Source: Phoronis australis (taxonomy: Eukaryota > Animalia > Phoronida). From it: a DNA stretch of 64,000 nucleotides. The position numbers and the translations under genes were made by a program. The stretch lies in NCBI GenBank assembly GCA_002633005.1, contig NMRA01000212.1:622477-686476 (forward strand), in the 5' to 3' direction. Positions 1-44,050 of this stretch are shown piece by piece (the first letter of the stretch is position 1; the number at the start of each line of letters is the position of its first letter). The notes beneath the pieces were generated by a model that worked only from the letters and a program-made list of their open reading frames with translations, made no database searches and was not told the origin of the DNA.

Positions 1-2118
1 CTCCCACTTTTCTTATCCAATGAGAAACCACTTTGAATCCTTGATACTGCAAATCACATGTAGCACCTCGGCCTCCCGCACGGCTTACGGCCATGTGCAC
101 TGCGTGGCTCGAGCAATTTGTGTGCATGTACTTACCTGAACTCCATATAGAACACTCACGTCGACGAAGTGTACTTACATTCCTGCAGTCATTTAGCAGT
201 ACTCTGCGTGACGCAGCTTTAGAACATCAAAATGTTAGTATATGAGTGAATGATGTTTACGCAAGTCAGTCGCGAATTGGCGAAGCTATTTCGCTTGTGA
301 ACCGCAGATAGTGAATTCTGTCTCATAAGTGAACATTCCAACTCTACCGATCAATCACTTCAGTGGCCGCCATTTTGCTACACAAGGTCCCGCGCATACT
401 TGTGAAACACTCTCCTTTTACTTGCTGCCTCCTGTGATCTTGGGCGTGATCTTCCCTTAGTTGCCAGTTTCTTATTGCGTCTACGGAACGCACCCCAGAC
501 TTGTTCTATTCATGTATGGCGATACAAAAACGCCAGTCTTTGCAATATAGTCTCGTGCAGGAGACCTGCGAAGTTTGGCATACGAAAGGCATCATACTTT
601 CGTAATAAGCGAGTCACCAGTCCGTAATTAAACTAACCTATATATGAGCACTTTTTTACAAAGAAAATGAACAGTTTGCCATAGACTGGAAAAGAGGTGG
701 GTAAACCGCTGGACATAAACCCCGTTTGTTCCAACCTAAAAGGTCATAACAAGAGGAATAACATTGCTCGAACGTCACAATAAATGGACTAAAACTCATA
801 AAAAGTAAAAATTGATTGCAGCGCTAATTCCCATGAGAAATCGTACCTGTGCTCACGGTGAAGAAAATCGATCCAAGGATTAAAGAAGTTCTTAATAACA
901 GCAAATATTTCCTGTTATAATCCCTTGTTTTTATCTTGTCTAACGAACGTGTTGGCGCTGACAGTGCTCTAGAAAAAAGGGAATATTAGTGAGAATATTC
1001 ACATTAAATGAACTGTGAAACTATGATTTGATTTCCTGTGAGATTTCTGTGACCGCCCTACATTGACACTTAGTGCAATAACACATTAAGATTATTTCTA
1101 CTAAATGCAACTTATAAAGGAAATTTGCCCAAGGCTTGTGCTTTGCAGAAAAGAAGATTTAAAAAGGAATGCAACGAACGAAAATGTTTGAAAAGATCAT
1201 AAATTTGCTCTGAGCAAAATTGGCAAAATGTTCCGGAATCGACCACATCGCACGTGAGGGCGTAATTACCTCAATGAATTTTGCATCGCGGTCACATCAA
1301 TATATTTCAATGCACGCCTTAGAGTTTTGTGATATATTCAGAGCGGACATTACATTTAAAGATGTAAGTAAAAAGTACCTTCTATTATTATAAATATGCG
1401 TGGTGAACCGAGGGTGATATTGGGGCAGTGTTCCATAGAAGCAAGATCGCGCAAGTCCTCGCGAGATATCGCCATGCATTACAATTAAGAGAAGCACGTG
1501 ATCAAACAAGCTTTTCTCGCGTTTGTATCGGGTATATGGAATGCAGCCCATGTAAAAAACGAACCAAGAGATATCATTGTTTACCGAGGAAAAAATGAAA
1601 ACAAAACTTAGTTATGACATCGTGTCGTAAAAGAAGTTTAAAGAGGAAACAGATTTATGTTAAGAAACGCGAAGTTCTAAATTACTTTCGGACGATGTAG
1701 ACAACTTAGAAAAATACAGTTCTGCCCTGTGAACTTTCTTTGCCGGCATATGTGGGACAGAATTCACCGATATATCGTTATTCCGGTTGATCACGTCGAC
1801 GTGTCGATCAGGTCTACCATGTCGTTCACTATCCCCCCATGTCGATTGTTGCGTACCTCGTTGCTTCCAACATCACTGCATGACACTAGCCGCGGGTTGA
1901 CTCTTCCGTGACGGAAGTCAGTTCAGTTGGCTCACGGTGAGTTGACCTCGTCCGCAACAACGTAACGGCGTCGTCCAGCTTTTTGGAACCTAATCAAACA
2001 TCCGTATTCTGATTTTGGTCCACGTCGACCAGGTCGAGCACGGCGCCAGTATTGTCCTACATCTACCGCCATACTTTTTCGAAAGTTCAATGCCTCATTT
2101 CTGAACTGAAATGACATA

Positions 2119-2141
2119 GGTGTGTGTGTGTGTGTGTGTGT
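2119..2141. repeat. (GT)n microsatellite
   Basis: gtgtgtgtgtgtgtgtgtgtgt. Confidence 0.9.
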
Positions 2142-2891
2142 ATATGCGGGATATCCAACTAAGTCTATTGGGGAGGACTCCAACATTGTAGACCTATATG
2201 CTGCCCCCTCTGGTGACATTTATGAATAAGAGTGACATTTTTGCAAGCCATCTAAACGAAGTCGCAATGAAGTTTTGGTGCTAAAATTACTCCTGTCTTC
2301 CGTCGCCCAGTTCGTAAAATATCAAAAGTTTTGAAGGAATTTTATTCGATCGACAGTATTTAAGTGCTCAGTAGTATGCGATGGAACTCCGTTGTCGACA
2401 ATTGCACGGCACATGATCATCAAATATAAAAGAGTAACCACGCACCACAAAAATTCTTATCAACACAACCACACATAAACACACTTGCCACGCACCAAAA
2501 AGGTCTTTCACTAAAATTGTGCCTAAAATGTTTCTTTGTGCGTGGTAAGAGTTCTTACGGCGCGTGGTTACTGGTGTTTGTAAAGGTTCTACGTCCTCTG
2601 GTAAGGGTTACTTTATCATCCGACCCCTTATTTTACTGTTCTTATGTATCTATGGTCTCCACTTAATACGAAAGAGAAAGTCGGCGACTTTAATAAAACG
2701 TTACACCTCCCTAATAATTAAACTTCATCACCATAGAATTATTTTGCACGCTTTTTTGATATTCGCGTATTTGTATAAAGTATCACCAAGGCAAACGGTC
2801 ATTAATCAAGCGAGCACACAAGATTACGCGGTGATTGGGTGGTTCAGTGTATATGTAAAAGAGCCATTATCAGGATTAGAGCACTTGCACA

Positions 2892-33090
<30,199 letters not shown>

Positions 33091-34404
33091 ACGCGCAGGC
33101 AATAAATGAGCAAACAAAACAAAAGTGAAACATGTTGTATGAAAGAACATGATGGTCACAGTGTCAGAGTGTATAGTCCTAAGGTTATACGATCAAAAAT
33201 ATATTTCCAAATAGGTATACCAGAAAGACGAACACCTTGTGACCAATGCTGACTAGAAACGCGTTCTACAAAAAGGCACTCTCCACTCCTTAATGCTCTG
33301 TGACATTGCTCCTGGACAACCAACTCAAAAAGAGGCTTTGCAGCTCATTGCCTGACAGACGCATGACTTTCTTGAAATTGCTAATCGTTTGGGTTGAACA
33401 GCCATTCCAACTTCCAGAGAAACAGATTGGAAGACTTTATCCATGATGAATCGCCATCGACTAATTAATGCTATAGCTCTGGTGGCCTTGAGTCTTAAAC
33501 ATGCCCAGTGCAATGAAAAAGGCACCAAGGCGCCTGCCTACTATTTTATCTCAAAACAGTCAGTGTTAGGCAATGTATGATTGGCAGCCTCTGTAATGGA
33601 CTATGGGAAAATAGTGTACATATCAACAGTTGTGCTTGTCGGTCATATTTTTTTATTCAATATGATAGGGTACAGATCACACAATTACAGGATGCAATAA
33701 CTTTTCTGCTTTTGTCAAGGAACAGTTAACTTACAGTGTTGATATGTACCAAGGTAATTTGCCATTGGAGAAGAAACAAGTAGAGGCCATGATTCATTCA
33801 GAATAAGCAAACAAGGATAAGACCGCTCATTGGTCATATTTGTTCAGTGTAGCAAATTCCTGATATTGACTTAATCCTCAGTGGTAAGTTAGGAGATTAT
33901 CATCATAACAGTGAGAGAGTGGAATGCAATTCTGATTCTCTTACAAGAGTTGCGAATGAGAAGAATGGTGATATAGCAAAAAAATTCAGAGTATACCATT
34001 AGTATTTATCATGAAGAACAGTATGTAACCTGGACTACTCTGGTATCAGGCAGAGTTTAATATGTAACATACTCATCATTAGATAAGTGATATTTATTAG
34101 TAGAGTGCATATATGAACATGTATATACATTTTTACACATGAATTTAGATGAGTCATCACTATAAATACAGGCCACAGATGTACTCACAGTACAGCACAG
34201 TGAACCCATGATGATACTATTATTATACTGCCACATTGCCTGTTGTACACAAGTGTTAGCACTGGAGTGCTAGGAAAAATTACTTAGGTTTTGGCTGACA
34301 AGTCAGAACTACAGCACCATTTGAACTGATATTTGGAATACTTATGAAAGCTTGAGGAAGCAATGTGAGCCATTGGCATCGGATATCCACAACCATTAAG
34401 TTCC

Positions 34405-34664
34405 ATTTCATGAAAAATGACTCAAGACGACAGAAATTTGGTCTTGCGCTCCACACAACTATTTCTGAAAAACATTTAAGCAAAAATGTAAAGTCTGAGA
34501 ATATGCACACAACTGCTAAATATTAGATAATTTTTGATAAATTATTCCGAGACTGGGAAATCCTCATAATTACTTTATTAAATGTTTATTCAGCAATTGT
34601 GAAGTGGGAGAGTAGGACTGAATTTCTGTCTTAAGTCTAAAGTGGTTTGTCATGAAACAGACCC
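34405..34664. mobile_element. MITE, copy 1
   Basis: tttcatgaaaaatgac...gacagaaatttggtctt ... gtcatgaaacagaccc. Homologous to 35325-35612. Confidence 0.6.
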
Positions 34665-35324
34665 AGCATTCAATTGATTGGGGTTGCGGATCTGGTCTTC
34701 ATGTCTGAAGGTAACTGACTCCTACCCAAGGTCAAAACTTGCTTTTTGAGACAGCACTTCATAACTGAAGTTGACTGATTCGTATTTAAGATTAGTTGTT
34801 GGCATTTCTTTCTCAACCCTGTTATGTAATTCACGAAATTCATACAACAGGGAAGATTTAACATATCATAATGGCTGGTGATATTACACGTGAACATTTA
34901 ACCTGGAATTGTGCACTGATTATTGTTTTTGATGTTTTGTTGGTGTTTGTGAACACTGGTGTTGCACTGAGCAAACACATTCTAAAGATATTCTTACTGC
35001 CATGTTAGCAACATAATACATACACTGGGGTGTCAGCACTTTAAAACAGACTGTGTTATATTTACAGCATCTCAAGAACCTCCCAGTGGCAGAGTAGAAC
35101 GTTCATGTTATCATGCTGTTCAAAATAAAACCTATATTGTAATAAATAGAAAATGTGTTCAAGAAAAACAACTGAACTTGTATTGCGAAGCATGGTCCTT
35201 GTCAAACTTCCGTGAGAAATTGGGCAAAATTTCCTGAGATTATTTCATGGAAGACAAGCAAGCACCAGGTGTCACTTTACACTTTACGTTCTTGAAGTTG
35301 AAAATGACATTGCACCGAGACGAG

Positions 35325-35612
35325 GGGTCTGTTTCATGAAAATTGATTTAAGACTTAAGACAGAAATTTGGTCTTCCACTCTACATAACTATTTCTGAAA
35401 AATAGTTAAAATTCACTTTATAACAACTAAATAAAGGATCTCAGACCATAATCACAATTGTTACTTATTGAGAAGAAAATTTGTACAAATTATTTCCAGG
35501 CAATTATGTGCTAATAACTACATGGCTAAACCTTTATTTGGTAATTGTGAAGAGAGAGTGTAACACTGAATTTCTTTCTTTGATCTTAAGTCACTTTTCA
35601 TGAAACAAACGC
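35325..35612. mobile_element. MITE, copy 2
   Basis: gggtctgtttcatgaaaa ... ttttcatgaaacaaac inverted termini. Confidence 0.65.
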
Positions 35613-36230
35613 CTGACAAAATGAGACAATGCAGGAGCTGGTAAAACACTTTAAATGCAGTAAAATCATTAAAAATTCTTTATTAAAGACACTAGCTTTT
35701 GAGCCTGATAGGAGCGGCCCTTCACCACAAAAGAAAACAAATGGCTCGAAACGCTTTCTTATACTAATTTTAAATCCCCATTCTAGTACATCTAAAGAAA
35801 TCTCTATGATTTGGCTTTTCAACACCCACGGGAATGGCAGTCTTAATAAAGAAATTGGCCACGTGAGTCACTACCTCTAACTATTCCCATTTCCTTTCCC
35901 TATTTTTCATCTTCTCTGTTTCAACGTCCCTCCCCTTTGTTGTGTTGAACAGGTTAGTACAAGACCATGTGCACCATCTGCCTTCATACGTGGAGAAGAG
36001 TTGCTCCTATTAGGCTCAAAAGCTAGTATATTTAACAAAATATTTTCAATAATATTTCCAGATATTAAAATGTTTTACAATCCTCTGCATTTCCTGAAGT
36101 TGTTTACCGTGAAAACTCAACTTGGTTACGAAGATCGATACAGTTTCAAGTCTTTGCCATAATCCCGTCTACACTTTAATATTAAATGTTAGCACATAAC
36201 CTGCCACTTGACGGTGAGATCTTTCAACAT

Positions 36231-39200
36231 CTAATGCTGTACAAGTGGTGGTATGTTCACCATCCAATACTGATGTAACCTGTTGATCCACTTCTCCCAC
36301 CAAGACTCACACTGGTCTTCGGACATCCAATGGATGTCTGCCTGCTGTCCATCTTCATAAGCGACAACGACCAGACCACTGTTTACCTGTGGGTACACTT
36401 CGGATGAAATGACCATATCAAGGCAGCTCACTTGGAGAAACACTGTGTGCACAATTGAAAATCACAGCACCATTCAGTATGCGAATTATGAATGAAGAAA
36501 TTCACTCAACAAATAGCGTGTATTACCACACTTATGAAATGGACGATGAAAATGTTAACTAATAGGGAGTTCTCGCTAACATTTATAAGTTTGGTCTGTA
36601 CGCCACCTGTTGGCCACATCACGTGATCTAACGATGCAGCCAACAGGTGGCGTGTGGACCAGACTTATAAATCTTTGAGATCTATACTTCCACAAAGGTT
36701 CAAGATTTACACATTCATATAGGGAGTTGTAACAAAATAACATGCACAGGGTGTGTTTGCATAAAAACAACATTCATATAAATAACAAGCACGGAGTTTT
36801 GAGTAAAATTTTATCTACACGTGGAAGTATGTGTAGGCAAGGATTCCCTCTTTTGTTGCAAATTATGTCATTTAAAAGGTGACTTAATAATGGAATCAAT
36901 TTACAGTACAACCACCAGAGGGCCTTAATTCCACTTGGAGGTGCAGCATCACAGGGAATTGACTGAAATATTGTTATAAGCCTCTCCCTTCTAAATCAAA
37001 ACACCAAAATTTCATGAAAATTATTCCGACAGTTTAACAAATAAAGAGGGAAGCATAAAAAGCCAATAGGTGGCATAGCGATATACGAATTTTCCAGAAG
37101 ATGGCATGTGCTGTCCTCTCTGATAGAAACATTTCATTTTTACAGGGTATAGTAGATGGGAAAGCAGAAGGAGCAGCACTGTCTAGAGATAGAACCAAAA
37201 GTGCAAAATTTCACAAAAATACACCAAAGAAATTGATAGATACTGATAATGATGAAAATAAAATAATAATGCCTTTATGGGGGACAGCAGTAATGCTCTT
37301 CTTGGTAGAAACATGTCTGCCAAATTTCTCAACAAGCATTTTCAAGAAGTTTCATGGAAACGGTGACAGCAACCTCCAAACACTGGAGATACTCTAGCAG
37401 CTGGGAAATTTTCGCTTATGTAACCCAAACCACATATTTTCTACCACAATTCAACATTCCAAACTCGAAGACCAATCATGTTTGTGGTGACCATTTTGGT
37501 AAAGTACACAAGTAAGGTCAACAGCTTACTGCTTTTTACTAGCATGACTTAGTGTGGCCGTCTGACATGATCACTATGCAAACAAAATGTATTTAAAACA
37601 GGTGAGTGCTCAGTAAGGCTATTATCTTGCCAGCTTAGCCAGATAATCCGGCTGAATTGTGGAAGAAAGTGGTACGTAAACACAACACTTGCCATTTCAG
37701 CTGTTGTTAAGTCACGATTTCTCCCTACAAGTGTCTCACGAGTAATGTTATCGAATGCCTTCCCCTGATGAAACCCATTTCCAACTCACCTGAAAGTCTA
37801 AATCGGGAAGACTGTTCAATGCACCCATGTATGCAGCCACTTGCAGTGGGTAGTCATATAAGTCCTGCAGGGTGCGCTTACGTTTCTTAGAAGTTTTCCA
37901 TTCTATGACACACAACTGGTCCCTGTAAATAATTTTTTCTGCGGTTAGAAGAATTTTACTTAAAGGCAAAATAAAGTCACTTTCCATCAAATACTAAATC
38001 TGGATTTGGACCGTCTCCTATTATAACCGACTTGATTTTCAAAAAACATCAGAGACCAGAACCTACTGGTTTAACCACCGAACTTCATTTCAATGAGTGT
38101 AAGGTAGAAAAGGACAGAAATGAGTGATTTGCAATAAAATTTTAAATTAAAATGCAACGCATTTGTTGTTTTATAGCTCTAAGCTAATGACTTCAAGAAG
38201 TTTATTCCATCTAACAAAAATCTTATCAATGTCTTTTTGTGCCATGAAAGTAACAATAATAATCCTTTAACTTCAGACAAAGTTCTGCAGAAGAGCTATA
38301 ATTCTATATTCATACACTTTGCCCTTCAGATAAGTCAAAGTTTGCCTTAATTGGATAAAATCTCTCCATCCAGTTAGATCTCATTTCAGTTAGCTTTAAT
38401 GTGTGTACTTTAGAGCACTTACGATTATGAAATTGGTCTCAAGTAGTTCCTTCATTAAAATAGGTGCGATTTTCAAGCTTGGAAAGAACTGATGGTTCGT
38501 TATTGCTACTCTACAATAGGTACGTGTCCTGGTGTCTTCTACAGTACATCAGACGTACTTAAGCCACAGAGTTGAGACCATTGCACTTATCACACGACTA
38601 GGACTCAAAAGGATCCCTCGGCATGGGGATCCTCATGAGTAAAGTCTTCTAATCTTCCCATTTTTTCTCAGGAAATGAAGTCTATTGAACCTGCATGATC
38701 TGGTGATTTCTATCAAGTAAGTCACATGTCCATCTAGCAGAAGACTGCCAAGACCCTGATAAGCAGGGCAAATTTCCAATAAATGTTGGGTGTCTCACTT
38801 TCCGAGCTACACTTAGGTGCTAAGCTAGGTTGCCGTGCCCAGTAACTGCAACGGCTCTACGGCATGTCATTTATTCACCGAGCATGGTCTCAGAGAATAA
38901 TGAAATGTAAGCTCCTTGCAAAGCTAAAAACATTTCTCATCAGAATAAGACACAAGTATACGATTAAAAGTCTATCAAAAGCTAGTTTCTGGGACAGGAC
39001 ATGGTCTTGTAGTCACTTCAATAAAATGTTCAGGTACTCCTTAATTCTACGAAAGAATATATACAAGTACATAGATCTCTACCTGAAAACAGCAACACAG
39101 TCAACAATTCCACCATATTTGAGGTAAGGATGTCTGGTAGGAGTTTCCAAAAGCTGAACGCCGGAGATGTTGCCAAACACATGCTCAATGCTTTGCCAGT

Positions 39201-41317
39201 GACCTCTGACCTCAGGTTCAACAGATGGGACTAGATCTTCCAGCTCAATTGACCCAGACAGCAAATTCTGAATATGTTCATGAAGTAAACGTCCTTTTAG
39301 AAATGTTTCTGAAAAATAATAAAATATATAAAAATGTAGCTATATGCATTTTAAGATGCACAGATGATGAAAATGTATGAGGCTGAAACAGCCATGATTT
39401 CGTTTTAAGAGGCTATAAAGTTGTGTTCCATACAAGTAATGTACTGTAGACCACTAACTAAACAGTAAATGGATGTCAGCTTGTTCATTACTCAGGGATC
39501 TTATGAATAAGACTTAGTGATTTCAGGGATCTTATGAATAAGACTTAGTGATTTCAGGGATCTTATGAATAAGACTTAGTGATTTCAGGGATCTTATGAA
39601 TAAGACTTAGTGATTTCAGGGATCTTATGAATAAGACTTAGTGATTTCAGGGTTTGCAGGGAACTGACAGATCATTAATTCTAGAGAACATGTTCAACAC
39701 ATTAAATGAGATGCCCGGATAGCACAGACAGGTCTCAAGCAATAAAAAATAGTCAGTTCTTTCGAGGTACTAAAATCACCTCACATTTGACTACGGAGCG
39801 ATTTGAAACCATACAACTTCATCAGTGAGTGGTCTTGGAAATCGACATTTGTTTTTTGATGGAGGGTGGGTAGTACTTTAAGAAATCAATCGCAATGTTG
39901 TGTGATAAAAAATTTAGGTAATAAGTTCAAAATGTCATTTTTCAGCAATAACACCAAATTGTGTCCCTTTACTGACAGCTATGGCAAAGAAATTTGCAAA
40001 TAGCCAAATGAACAGATTGTTATATTCCAACAGTCAATACAACGCCAAACAATATAAAGAAAGTGAAGAATGCAACAGTGCCGTATTGTTATACTGTACT
40101 CTTTCAGGTTTAAAACGCCCAAATTCAACTCAACACCCTCCCTAGAATTTCCACCATTTCCACTCAGCAGGCCCAAAAACCCCTACAATGATTAAAAAAT
40201 TCCACTCAAGTTCAACTGAATCACTTTCAACTCACAGTGAAAAACCTTGAATTCGTGGCCAGTGGAAGGGGGTTTTCCCCTCACCCGAAAAAATACCTGG
40301 GGTAGAAGGCATGGGCACCTTTCCCCTCAGGTGAGCGAGGGTCCTCAACAGCCATGTTATTTTGAATGCAGCACAATACCCACACAACCAACTTTTGTGT
40401 TTCTCAATTTAACTGCCTTGGGTATTATCAGTCATGAATTTGGTACATATGGGCAGTGCAGCACTGAAAAAAGTTGGGATCTATAGCCCCCCCAGCCACC
40501 TATGGTGCACGCCCATGTTTCTAGTTTGCATACATAACACAAACCCTGTTGGTGTTTGTTGAAGCCTTCTTCTCCTAACTGAGCAATCATCATCTTCTTC
40601 CATCTTTCCAAGATAGCAACAGATTCAGGTGGTTTAGTCTGTTCAAGTATCTTGGAAACACTGGGATACCTATAGCTACTATTGGTGAAATACTTGTCAA
40701 AATCACAGACATGTGGCCAGGCTCTCTCCACCTCTGCTTTGTTAGGCAAAACTAATGGAAACTCTAGCAGGGGAGATAAATCAACATAGAGGGGTTTGTC
40801 ACCATTAACAGAATTGTCCACATCCACCGTTGTATCTTGTAAGTCTTCATCGGTTATCCTATAGTGGTTCACTGTATTCTTACTTTGCTTATCCCTGTTC
40901 ACAGTCTTACTCACGGACCTACCAGTTTTTAAATCAAAAGCAAAATCAGAGGCTGTAAAACTGTCTGTACTTTTATCTTCCTCCGAGTCATGATACTCAG
41001 CAGGCAAGTGTTCTTCTGTATTTGATTTGTCATCAAAAATATTACTCATAGAAGATGGCATTTCACAACTCCAGAAAATCTCAGACTTGTGACTAATATT
41101 TAATCTATCACTGTTTTCAATCCCATTAAACGTCTTTTCCTTTTTCTTTGCCTTCTTCGTCTTTGCATCTTTCTTCTTTTTTGTCTTTAACACAGGTCCA
41201 TAAAGATGTTTGTTTTCAGAATGCCATTTTACCATTTGACGAGCAAGAGATCCCTTTTTGGAACTGTAAGACAGAATCTGAGCACAGATGACTGGGGTAG
41301 TCTTCAGCAAGTGCACC
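36231..41317 (-). CDS. MGME1: Mitochondrial genome maintenance exonuclease 1 (PD-(D/E)xK nuclease); 5' exon unresolved
   Basis: Phase-consistent exons (minus strand): 41317-40545, 39308-39083, 37922-37790, 36386-36231. Motifs: YPSVSKILEQTKP, LERWKKMMIAQLGEEGF, HPYLKYGGIVDCVAVFR, LCVIEWKTS, YDYPLQVAAYMGALN, GLVVVAYEDG, WWEKWINRLHQY. The start lies either in an upstream exon (candidates near 43150-43430) or at the in-exon ATG at 41235. Confidence 0.92.
36581..36672. mobile_element. Hairpin MITE; partial relatives at 51722-51773 and 51845-51890
   Basis: atttataagtttggtctgtacgccacctgttggc ... gccaacaggtggcgtgtggaccagacttataaat forms a long imperfect palindrome. Confidence 0.7.
39492..39652. repeat. 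31-bp minisatellite, five perfect copies
   Basis: Unit tcagggatcttatgaataagacttagtgatt at 39492, 39523, 39554, 39585 and 39616, inside an MGME1 intron. Confidence 0.95.
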
Positions 41318-43149
41318 CTGTAAAATATAAACTTCAATGTCATATGGGTTATACTGTGGCTGTACATGAAAAGCATACCACTTTTGATATGAATACGTTT
41401 TCTATCGATACACTTGCTATCTTTATCAGCAGCATCAAAACAAAACTGTCACTAGGTAGTGCCACAGTAGTCTGTCGTCATTGTCAATTGCCTTATTCAC
41501 ACTAGAAACAGTGCCAATTTTCACAATCATCCTTAGAATGGTTTAGTTGATAGGGGGGTAGACACCAAAAACAGACCCGAAAACAACAAAAATGGCCACT
41601 AAGTGGTGCAAAATACATTGAATCTATCCAAAAACGGGAGGACAGCATCATCTCACCAATAGATGCCTATATTCCAAATTTTATGAAAATCCGTCAACGG
41701 GACGTTTGAAGAAGGCAGAGGTAAACGTAAAAAACTAAAATTCCCACTAGGGGGCACACCGGTTGTCGGATTCGTCTGAACGTTCACTCATGCCATCCCA
41801 TTCTTCAAAGGAACACATGTTCACAATTTCATGAACATAAAGGGTTTTGCTGATAGAGCAGCAGGCGACAGATGGACGGAATGACGGCATCATGCGTCCA
41901 TATGTGGGCGCATAAAAACTGGCCAGTTACCGATTTGGGCAATTGAACAAAGAACTGATTCAAGAAAAAGTTTGTTTACGGGAGTATTTGTGCAGAGTGT
42001 GTAGGAATTAGACATCCCCGCCTCCTCAGGTGTACCCCTCGTCTCTGGCCTCTCTATGCGCAAAAAGTACTCATAACGTGACATGTTTTAAATTAATCAG
42101 TGTGAGGCATAATTCGTGGAAAAATGTATGAATCTCCTATAGGACACGGGTGGTGCACCATGGGACTATGGCTGCGCCGCCCACGTAGGACCTTCCCCGT
42201 CTTTACCGGGGCCAGCTTAGAGACGGTGGTCTAGCTGAGAGATAGTGCACATGTAAATGACTGAGTGAGAACTGTAATGTAAAATGCAGACGGCGCATTC
42301 TTTGGCTTATTCTGTCTTATTTATTCATGCCTTGGTCATAGCTGTAGTTTGGAGCCTTTTTCAAGAGGAATTAGGAAGGAGAGTAACATCTACGGATCAC
42401 CAGACCAGTGGTGAAACATTCTGTAAACTAACACTTACACACTCATGCCAAATTTCAGAACGTCCATGTTGTGACCTTTCAATAACAAAGGTCATGAAGG
42501 TTTGAGACTATATAAACTTCAAACGTACCTATCTTGAAAAACATAACGTTAAATTTCTACCTAAACTACAATCTATGGAGTTAAAATTTAATTTTAAATT
42601 TGATAAATGAGCCTAATTTCTATTTTTAACTGTGTAACAGGACAAAAAAACCGCCTCATATGAAATACCAAGCGAGTGAAGAATCACGTGACTAATACCG
42701 GCAGCCATGATGGTGGGTGTTCTTATTTACTAGTATTTTATTCATTATAATTAATAAGACATGGATGAGACATGAACTAACTTGTGTGTGCGTTCCTTCT
42801 TGAGCGCAAAAAGTTGATTTGAGCTTTAACATGGCATCTGTGGCAGTTGTCCCTACGTTCAGGCTGGCAAAAATGCACATTGTTCAAGACGAGCACAGAC
42901 TGAGACTTCCTGCTCAGTCACTTGCAAGTGGTTACGACCCAATTACTGAAGTAGCCAGCTAGGCGACGGCACAAAGCCCGTACGCCGAACGATTTGCTGC
43001 AAATTTTGCTTAACCCTGGTTAAAATATCAAAGTTACATTACTATATGTACCTTTGGAATGTGGATGGACACCTGTGGCTGTGGAGGTTGCCAGCCAGCT
43101 AGCTGTATGTCTTGTATGAAGCTATGAAGACTATCATCAAAATACAGCT

Positions 43150-44050
43150 AGGTACCACTGTGTGTAGACCCCAAAATTGCACACAGCCATGGTAGTTCTA
43201 CTTGTCACCTCGCCGTGAAACTTTTGTATCAACATGTAAAGCTAAAGACCGGACAGGGTGCATGCAAAATCTGGGAATCAACCGACACTCACCTTGCCCG
43301 TTACATCCGTTCAAGTGCGAAACAATGCAATAAACGTCATTTGCTCGCGTAACTCTCCGCCTATTTTAACAATGAAAAGTATGTCGTCGTTTTGAAAACA
43401 GTACGCTCGTGTCACGGCAAGCGCCATTTCCTAAATTTTTGCAACAACTTCACAGCAGCAAAATTTGTTTTGAAATTCGGTTTTGCGGTATCAAAATTCT
43501 AAAAACTTACAATGAAGTGAAACCAGTTCCAATACATTGTTGTGGCGTGTACGCAAGCTCGTGAAAGAACAACAGTTGATTGAAGAATCTGTGAAAAAAG
43601 AAACTGGCCAATAGGTGACGCAATATTTCATGGTGCCGAAAGCCGTCGCTAAAGATCGCTCCACAACTTTAGCAGCAGAATAACATTAGAACGCCATTTT
43701 TTCCAACACCGTTTAATAATTTTGTTTACTCAAAGAAGACTATAGGTTTTAATGACACTAATTTTGTGTGTGATTTTATATTTAGTATACAGCTTTGTAT
43801 CAAGGCTACTGTGGAGGCAGTTGTATTACTAGTAGTTGGAGTCTTTTATTAAAATTTATATCCTTCCAACTCGAGCAAATACTCCCGCCATCAAGTCCTT
43901 CATTCGGTCTAAGAAACTGAACACTGAATGCCATTACAGTCGACGTACTCGAGGTCAAACAGGAAGGTACAGAGTGTTGTGGAGAGGTCACCCGTCTGCA
44001 TAATGCAGTAGACAATGACCACCGTCTTTAGCTGGCCCCAGTAGAGATGG
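43150..44050. promoter_or_regulatory. Putative bidirectional promoter between MGME1 and SNX5/6
   Basis: Lies between the divergent 5' ends. Locally CpG-richer, with YY1-like CGCCATTT motifs near 43422 and 43692 and CCAAT near 43608. A minus-strand donor AAG|GTGAGT near 43292 probably ends a first MGME1 exon. Confidence 0.5.

Noticed and set aside
39492-39652. Possible CRISPR array (31-bp palindromic repeats)
   Set aside because: Repeats are directly adjacent with no spacers, there are no cas genes, and the context is a eukaryotic intron.
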